Shown here in pieces: positions 57,663 through 64,000 of a stretch of DNA of 64,000 nucleotides (position 1 is the first letter of the stretch; every line of letters starts with the position of its first letter). A program made the translations under genes and the position numbers. The notes below the pieces were generated by a model, which made no database searches, was not told where the DNA came from, and worked only from the letters and a program-made list of their open reading frames with translations. The stretch is from Escherichia phage phiEC1: sequence record KY608965.1; one strand, given 5' to 3'.

Positions 57663-58238
57663 TTGTTATTTACATTCTTCGACCCAATAGGATATAGTGC
57701 TAAAACAGTTGATAAGAATGCACCTACTATTCCTATGACAGATATATTTCGTAACTATAAAGAGTACTTTAAGCGTGTTGCTGCCAATTATAGATTACGT
57801 TCTTATTACATTAAAGGCTCTCCACGTCCTGAAGAACTAGCAAACATAATTTATGGAAACCCTCAATTATACTGGGTCCTTTTGATGTGCAACGATAACT
57901 ATGACCCGTATTATGGTTGGATTACATCTCAGGAAGCAGCGTATCAAGCTTCTATTCAGAAATATGCAAATGCCGGCGGAGACCAAATTCTTTATCATAT
58001 TAACGAGAACCGTGAGAAATTTTACAATTTGGTTTCATATCCGGACGAGCCTTTAGTGTGGTACGATAAAGGTGATGAAGCTCGTAAGTATCCGCAATAT
58101 AAAGGACCTTTAGCTGCAGTAGATACTTATGAAGCGGCAGTATTAGATAATGAAAAACTTCGTAAAATAAAAATTGTTGCAAAAGAAGATATAAACTCGT
58201 TTATCACAGATTTGATTCGAGAGATGGAGATTGCATAA
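57663..58238 (+). CDS. 53: baseplate wedge protein gp53
   Basis: MLFTFFDPIGYSAKTVDKNAPTIPMTDIF... matches T4 gp53; TTG start after SD AAGGAG, no in-frame ATG upstream. Confidence 0.9.
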   Translation: MLFTFFDPIGYSAKTVDKNAPTIPMTDIFRNYKEYFKRVAANYRLRSYYIKGSPRPEELANIIYGNPQLYWVLLMCNDNYDPYYGWITSQEAAYQASIQKYANAGGDQILYHINENREKFYNLVSYPDEPLVWYDKGDEARKYPQYKGPLAAVDTYEAAVLDNEKLRKIKIVAKEDINSFITDLIREMEIA

Positions 58239-59971
58239 TGGAAATGATTAGCAGTAGCCTTAATTGGTTCGTGGGTGTTGTCGAGGACAGAATGGACCCA
58301 TTAAAACAAGGGCGAGTTCGAGTTCGAGTCGTTGGTCTTCATCCGGCACAGAGGGCACAAGGTGATGTACAAGGTATTCCTACAGAAAAACTTCCATGGA
58401 TGACTGTTATTCAACCTATTACGTCTGCGTCAATGTCAGGTATTGGTGGTTCTGTTACAGGTCCTGTTGAAGGAACTCGAGTATATGGTCATTTCTTAGA
58501 CAAATGGAAAACAAACGGGATTGTACTTGGTACATACGGTGGAATCGTACGTGAAAAGCCTAATAGACTCGAAGGTTTTTCCGACCCTACAGGTCAATAT
58601 CCACGACGTTTAGGTAATGATACGAACGTATTAAACCAAGGTGGTGAAGCTGGTTATTATTCGAACTCTAACGTAATTCAAGATAACAACTTGGATTATG
58701 GTATAAACCCAGATGATACAGATTTAGCAAATATTCCAGAAGATGATGACCCTAATTTTACAATAACAGAAATGTTACGTCGTGACGAAGGTCTTCGTGA
58801 TAAAGTGTATTGGGACCATCTCGGATATCCTACGGTAGGTATTGGACACCTTATCGTAATGGAAAAGACCCGAGATATGTCTCGAATTAATAAATTGTTA
58901 TCTGATCAAGTAGGGCGTGAAGTAACAGGAAATCCCGGGACTATTACATTAGAAGAAGCAACAGCGTTATTTGAGAAAGACCTTGCTAAGATGCAGAAAG
59001 ACATTCGTTCTAATTCTAAAGTGGGTCCTGTTTATGCTAAAATGAACAGATCTCGCCAAATGGCATTAGAAAACATGTGCTTCCAAATGGGCGTTGGTGG
59101 TGTAGCAAAATTCAATACTATGCTTAAAGCAATGGCCGAAGGTGATTGGAAAACTGCATACAAATCTGGGCGCGATTCATTATGGTTCCAACAGACTAAA
59201 GGACGCGCTTCACGTGTAACAACAATTATTTTAACAGGTAATATGGAATCATACGGTGTTCCTGTTAAAACACCTCCTTCACCAGGAGTTGGTGCCGATT
59301 TAGTTACTAGAAATACCGATTCAGAAGACCCGGCTGGTCCTCCTGTTCCATTAGATTCACGCATCCTTTTTAAAGAACCGGAATCAAGTTATCGTGGTGA
59401 GTATCCATACGTTCATGCTATGGAAACAGAAAGTGGTCATATTCAAGAATTTGACGATACTCCAGGTAATGAACGTTATCGCTTAGTTCATCCAACAGGG
59501 TCATATGAGGAAGTTTCTCCGTCCGGGCGTCGTACTCGTAAAACTGTAGAAGACCTTTATGACATCACTAATGGTGATGGGAACTTCTTGATTTCTGGCG
59601 ATAAGCTTGTTAACGTTGGTGCTAATGAAATATATTATAACATGGCAGACCGCCTCCATCAAATAGACGGCAATGACACAATCTTTATTCGTGGTAACCA
59701 AACTAAAACTGTTGAAGGCGATGGAACTCTTTACGTTAAGGGGAATATCAAAATAGTTGTTGACGGAAATGCAGATATTCTTGTTAAAGGTGATGCTAAA
59801 ACTCAGGTCGAAGGGAATCATGATTACACCGTCAACGGAAACGTTAAATGGACCGTTAATGGTAATGTTGATATGACTGTTGCCGGGGATTGGGCAGAAA
59901 CAATGTCTACAATGAGCTCAGTAGCTTCAGGACAATACACTGTTGACGGATCTCGTATTGATATTGGGTAA
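58238..59971 (+). CDS. 5: baseplate hub + tail lysozyme gp5
   Basis: 577 aa; OB-fold N-terminus, lysozyme domain, C-terminal VxGxxxxx beta-helix repeats. Confidence 0.97.
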   Translation: MEMISSSLNWFVGVVEDRMDPLKQGRVRVRVVGLHPAQRAQGDVQGIPTEKLPWMTVIQPITSASMSGIGGSVTGPVEGTRVYGHFLDKWKTNGIVLGTYGGIVREKPNRLEGFSDPTGQYPRRLGNDTNVLNQGGEAGYYSNSNVIQDNNLDYGINPDDTDLANIPEDDDPNFTITEMLRRDEGLRDKVYWDHLGYPTVGIGHLIVMEKTRDMSRINKLLSDQVGREVTGNPGTITLEEATALFEKDLAKMQKDIRSNSKVGPVYAKMNRSRQMALENMCFQMGVGGVAKFNTMLKAMAEGDWKTAYKSGRDSLWFQQTKGRASRVTTIILTGNMESYGVPVKTPPSPGVGADLVTRNTDSEDPAGPPVPLDSRILFKEPESSYRGEYPYVHAMETESGHIQEFDDTPGNERYRLVHPTGSYEEVSPSGRRTRKTVEDLYDITNGDGNFLISGDKLVNVGANEIYYNMADRLHQIDGNDTIFIRGNQTKTVEGDGTLYVKGNIKIVVDGNADILVKGDAKTQVEGNHDYTVNGNVKWTVNGNVDMTVAGDWAETMSTMSSVASGQYTVDGSRIDIG

Positions 59972-59974
59972 CAT

Positions 59975-60490
59975 ATGGCACAAATACTTCCTTTAAATAC
60001 CGACTTAGGAGAAGACATGGAAGGGGCGTCTATTGACGTCCTTTTTACTCCACAGTTAGAAACAACCGAAACTTTAGTGTCAATAAATATAACAGATTAT
60101 GAACCGACACAAGGCATTACGGTAGATGGTAATCGTTTATACGGAACATATGAAAGTGTGTTTAGCTTTTCTTCGGATGCATTGAAATACCGATTAAATG
60201 ATGATTTTGAAACCGCATCTTCATGGGATGATTTACCAAAAGATGAATCCACGCAGTTATATTTGTGGAGAGCTCCTCAGAATCTTCGTAAAGTGTTTAG
60301 TTATACGGTTGAAATGATTTATAACTACCAAGAAGAAAGTTCATCAGGCGGTTCTAGAAATGACTCTGGTACAGAACCTCCACCGGCTCCAGTACAAAAA
60401 ACTCTTACTAAGGTTTATACAAAAACTATAGTAGGAAATTGGAGCAAATGGGCTCATCAATTACGAAACTACGTTTATGTGAGGCCGTGA
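59975..60490 (+). CDS. 5.1: gp5.1-like protein
   Basis: 171-aa ORF in T4 5.1 position. Confidence 0.75.
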   Translation: MAQILPLNTDLGEDMEGASIDVLFTPQLETTETLVSINITDYEPTQGITVDGNRLYGTYESVFSFSSDALKYRLNDDFETASSWDDLPKDESTQLYLWRAPQNLRKVFSYTVEMIYNYQEESSSGGSRNDSGTEPPPAPVQKTLTKVYTKTIVGNWSKWAHQLRNYVYVRP

Positions 60491-60492
60491 AA

Positions 60493-60786
60493 ATGTCTGG
60501 CTTAAGTTACGACAAGTGCGTTACATCAGGTCATGAAGCATGGCCTCCTACTGTAATAAATGCTTCCCAATCTAAAGTGTTCACCGGCGGTATTCCTGTT
60601 CTTGTGGCAGGAGACCAAATAACACCTCATACAGAAATTAAAAAACCATACGAGACTCATGGAGGTGTTACTGAACCTCGTACATCTAAAGTATACGTCA
60701 CTGGTAAAAAGGCCGTTCAAATGGCTGACCCAATTTCATGCGGGGATACTGTTTCTCAGGCCTCGTCAAAAGTCTTTATAAAATAG
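60493..60786 (+). CDS. 5.4: baseplate spike tip PAAR-repeat protein gp5.4
   Basis: [21 protein letters not shown]..., 97 aa; SD GAGG. Confidence 0.85.
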   Translation: MSGLSYDKCVTSGHEAWPPTVINASQSKVFTGGIPVLVAGDQITPHTEIKKPYETHGGVTEPRTSKVYVTGKKAVQMADPISCGDTVSQASSKVFIK

Positions 60787-60794
60787 GAATTAAA

Positions 60795-62768
60795 ATGGCA
60801 AACACTCCTGTAAATTATCAATTAGCCCGAACAGCGAATGCTATTCCCGAGATTTTTATCGGGGGCACATTTGCCGAAATCAAACAAAACATTATCGAAT
60901 GGCTCCATGGACAGAATGAATTTCTTGATTATGATTTTGAAGGTTCACGCTTAAACGTATTGTGCGACCTTTTAGCATATAACACTCTTTACATCCAACA
61001 GTTCAGTAATAGTGCAGTGTATGAAAGTTTTATGCGTACTGCAAACTTGCGTAGTTCTGTTGTACAAGCGGCTCAAGATAATGGATATCTGCCTTCATCT
61101 AAATCCGCAGCACAAACAGAAATTATGCTCACATGTACGGATGCATTAAATAGAAACTATATCACCATTCCACGTGGCACTCGTTTCTTAGCATACGCTA
61201 AAGATACTTCTGTTAACCCATATAACTTTGTTTCTACTGAAGATGTCATTGTAGTTAAAGACAAAAATAACCAATATTTTCCACGTCTTCGATTAGCTCA
61301 AGGACGTATTGTTCGCACTGAATTAACCTTTGATAAATTAAAACCTATCATTATTCGTGATAAGAATATTGACCGTAATTTGGTTAAGTTATACGTTGAC
61401 GGAGCAGAATGGATTAACTGGACTCGTAAGTCTATGGTTCACGCTGGTTCTACGTCAACAATCTATTATATGCGTGAAACAGTTGACGGGAACACCGAAT
61501 TTTATTTTGGTGAGGGCGAAATCTCTATTAACACATCAGAAGGTGCGTTAACATCTAACTATATTGGCGGCCTTAAACCTGTTCAGGGTTCTAAAATCGT
61601 AATTGAGTATATTTCTACTAATGGTGCAGATGCTAACGGAGCTGTAGGATTTTCTTATGCTGATACATTAGCTAATATCACGGTAATCGATATTAACGAG
61701 AACCCTAGCAATAACCCAGACTTTGTTGGGGCTGACGGTGGTGGTGACCCTGAAGATATTGAACGTATCCGCGAATTAGGCACAATTAAACGCGAAACTC
61801 AACAACGTTGTGTAACCGCTTCCGATTATGACACATTCGTCTCTGAGCGGTTTGGTTCTATTATTCAAGCCGTTCAAACATTCACAGATTCATCTAAACC
61901 AGGGTACGCATATATTGCTGCTAAGCCTAAATCTGGATTGTATTTGACTTCTGTCCAACGTGATGATATCAAAAACTATTTGAATGATTATAACTTAGGA
62001 ACTATTACTCCTGTTGTTATTTCGCCTGATTATTTGTTTATCAAAATGAATATCAAAGTTACATATGCTTTGAATAAGCTTCAAGAATCAGAACAATACC
62101 TTGAAGGGCAAATTATTAATAAAATTGACCGATATTATATTGAAGATGTAGAAATTTTTAACTCATCGTTTGCAAAATCTAAAATGCTAACTTATGTCGA
62201 TGATGCAGATATTTCTATTATTGGTTCTTCGGCTACTATTCAAATGGTTCGCGAAGTACAGAACTTTTATAAAACGCCTGAGGCCGGTATTAAATACAAT
62301 AATCAGATTAAAGATAGATCGATGGAATCTAATATATTCTCGTTTGATTCGCACAGACCTAATCCAGAAAATGCAAACGAAACTATTAAATACGGTGTTC
62401 GCATAGTATCTTCTGACCGTAATGACCGTGGCATAGGTCAAGTTATTATTGGTCCATTCGCAGACGGTGATGTTGTTGAAAACGAAAATATACAACCTTA
62501 TACAGGTAATGATTTTAATAAACTTGCTGTTACTGACGGACGAAACAAATACTATTCAATTGGTGAAGTGAATTATCCTGCCGATTCGATTTATTGGAAC
62601 ATTGCTAAAATTGACCTCACTTCAGACCGTTTTGAAGTTCAAACAATTGAACTTTATTCCGACCCTGCAGATGATATTATTTTTACAAAGGACGGTTCTT
62701 TAATCGTATTTGAAAATGACTTACGTCCCCAGTACTTAACTATAGATTTGGAGCCTATTTCACAATGA
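60795..62768 (+). CDS. 6: baseplate wedge protein gp6
   Basis: Start MANTPVNYQLARTANAIPEIFIGG; T4 gp6-like. Confidence 0.95.
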   Translation: MANTPVNYQLARTANAIPEIFIGGTFAEIKQNIIEWLHGQNEFLDYDFEGSRLNVLCDLLAYNTLYIQQFSNSAVYESFMRTANLRSSVVQAAQDNGYLPSSKSAAQTEIMLTCTDALNRNYITIPRGTRFLAYAKDTSVNPYNFVSTEDVIVVKDKNNQYFPRLRLAQGRIVRTELTFDKLKPIIIRDKNIDRNLVKLYVDGAEWINWTRKSMVHAGSTSTIYYMRETVDGNTEFYFGEGEISINTSEGALTSNYIGGLKPVQGSKIVIEYISTNGADANGAVGFSYADTLANITVIDINENPSNNPDFVGADGGGDPEDIERIRELGTIKRETQQRCVTASDYDTFVSERFGSIIQAVQTFTDSSKPGYAYIAAKPKSGLYLTSVQRDDIKNYLNDYNLGTITPVVISPDYLFIKMNIKVTYALNKLQESEQYLEGQIINKIDRYYIEDVEIFNSSFAKSKMLTYVDDADISIIGSSATIQMVREVQNFYKTPEAGIKYNNQIKDRSMESNIFSFDSHRPNPENANETIKYGVRIVSSDRNDRGIGQVIIGPFADGDVVENENIQPYTGNDFNKLAVTDGRNKYYSIGEVNYPADSIYWNIAKIDLTSDRFEVQTIELYSDPADDIIFTKDGSLIVFENDLRPQYLTIDLEPISQ

Positions 62769-64000
62769 CAGTAAAAGCGCCAGCAGTCACAAGTCTCAGA
62801 ATATCCAAGTTGTCCGCTAACCAAGTTCAAATACGCTGGGATGACGTTGGTGCTAATTTCTACTATTTCGTAGAAATCGCTGAGACTAAAACGGCAGACG
62901 GGGAAATAATTCCCCCTGCCAGCTACAGATGGATAAATTTAGGATATACTCCTAATAGCAACTGGTTCGAAAGTAGCTTAGACCCATTAACTTCTTATAT
63001 TATTCGTGTATCAACTGCCGCTGAAGGCTTCGAGAGATCCGATTGGGTATATACCGAAATATTTGAATCATTTCAGACTAACGCGTATACATTTCAACAT
63101 ATGATTGAAATGCAATTGGCTAACACTTTTATTAGAGAAAAATTTACAAATAACAACATGGCTTATGTCGATTTTAATAACGACACTATAATGGCAGCTC
63201 TAATGAATGAATCGTTCCAATTTAGCCCTGCTTATGCGGATATTTCATCTATTAAAAATTTCATTATTGGTGAAAATGAGTATCACGAAATTCAAGGTTC
63301 GATTCAACAGGTGTGCCATGATATAAACCGTGTTTATTTGATGGAATCTGAAGGAATTCTTTATTTGTTTGAACGGTATCAGCCTGTAGTTAAAGTCTCT
63401 AATGATAAGGGACAAACCTGGAAATCGGTTAAATTGTTTAATGACCGTGTAGGATACCCTGTATCAAGAACAGTGTATTACCAGACAGATTACACCACGT
63501 ATGTTCTTGGGTATGATAAATTATTTTACGGCCGTAAATCAACAGATGTTCGTTGGTCTGCTGATGATGTGAGATTTAGTTCTCAAGATATAACATTTGC
63601 TAAAATTGGTGACCAGTTAAATTTAGGATTTGATGTAGAAATATTTGGTAACTACGCATCATTACCTGCTAACGTATCACGTATTGCAGAAGCTATCGTT
63701 TGCAATGACGATTATGTATATGTTGCTGCTCGAGATAAAGTTCGTTTTATTAAAACTAGTAATGCCCCTATTGATTCAGACCCGTTATCTCCGACATATT
63801 CCGAACGTTTGTTTGAACAAGAAACATTTAACATCACAGGTAACCCTAAGGCAGTTTGCTATAAAATGGATTCTGTCGGTGGTAAAATATTTGCACTGAT
63901 TATCGGTGAAGTTGTTAATCTTAATGACGACCCAAGGACCACTCCTATTGTTGATTCTGCTGATAAGGGTGTTTACGTTCTAGACCATGATGCTGGCACA
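62765..64000 (+). CDS. 7: baseplate wedge protein gp7, N-terminal part (runs off window end)
   Basis: ATGA overlap with gp6 stop; open frame to window end. Confidence 0.88.
   Translation, partial: MTVKAPAVTSLRISKLSANQVQIRWDDVGANFYYFVEIAETKTADGEIIPPASYRWINLGYTPNSNWFESSLDPLTSYIIRVSTAAEGFERSDWVYTEIFESFQTNAYTFQHMIEMQLANTFIREKFTNNNMAYVDFNNDTIMAALMNESFQFSPAYADISSIKNFIIGENEYHEIQGSIQQVCHDINRVYLMESEGILYLFERYQPVVKVSNDKGQTWKSVKLFNDRVGYPVSRTVYYQTDYTTYVLGYDKLFYGRKSTDVRWSADDVRFSSQDITFAKIGDQLNLGFDVEIFGNYASLPANVSRIAEAIVCNDDYVYVAARDKVRFIKTSNAPIDSDPLSPTYSERLFEQETFNITGNPKAVCYKMDSVGGKIFALIIGEVVNLNDDPRTTPIVDSADKGVYVLDHDAGT

Overview
The window is a contiguous segment of a T4-like (Tevenvirinae) myovirus genome. 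The 903-aa gene 43 polymerase matches the RB69-type enzyme as I recall it, so this looks like RB69 or a close Mosigvirus relative; I could not run a search to confirm. Positions 1-57601 are almost entirely minus-strand early/middle genes in T4 synteny: uvsX, 43, regA, 62, 44, 45, rpbA, 46, 47, 55, nrdG, nrdD, 49, nrdC, tk, regB, denV, ipII/ipIII-like internal proteins, e, nudE, two tRNAs, ipI-like, 57B, 57A, 1, 3, 2, 4. From 57663 the plus strand carries late baseplate genes 53, 5, 5.1, 5.4, 6 and the start of 7, with divergent TATAAATA late promoters at the switch. The main finding is an eight-gene module between gene 43 and uvsX (1184-7733), where T4 has imm-42-beta-gt: a KdsD-like sugar-phosphate isomerase, a fused sugar-1-P nucleotidyltransferase/anomeric kinase, a HAD phosphatase, a dCMP-hydroxymethylase homolog and three unassigned enzymes. 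Together these read as a nucleotide-sugar synthesis plus DNA hypermodification pathway, consistent with arabinosyl-hmC DNA reported for RB69-like phages; the gene-to-step assignment is my inference. Other notable content: an HNH homing endonuclease between 46 and 47, no alpha-gt, an intronless nrdD, a hyperplastic 27-54 kb region of small early genes each behind a repeated early-promoter cassette, an array of internal-protein genes with the MKTY(K)EFI capsid-targeting leader, and a reduced tRNA set. CDS boundaries come from the ORF track with starts adjusted by codon arithmetic; hand-read coordinates of RNA and regulatory sites may be off by 1-2 nt. No CRISPR array or integrase was seen.
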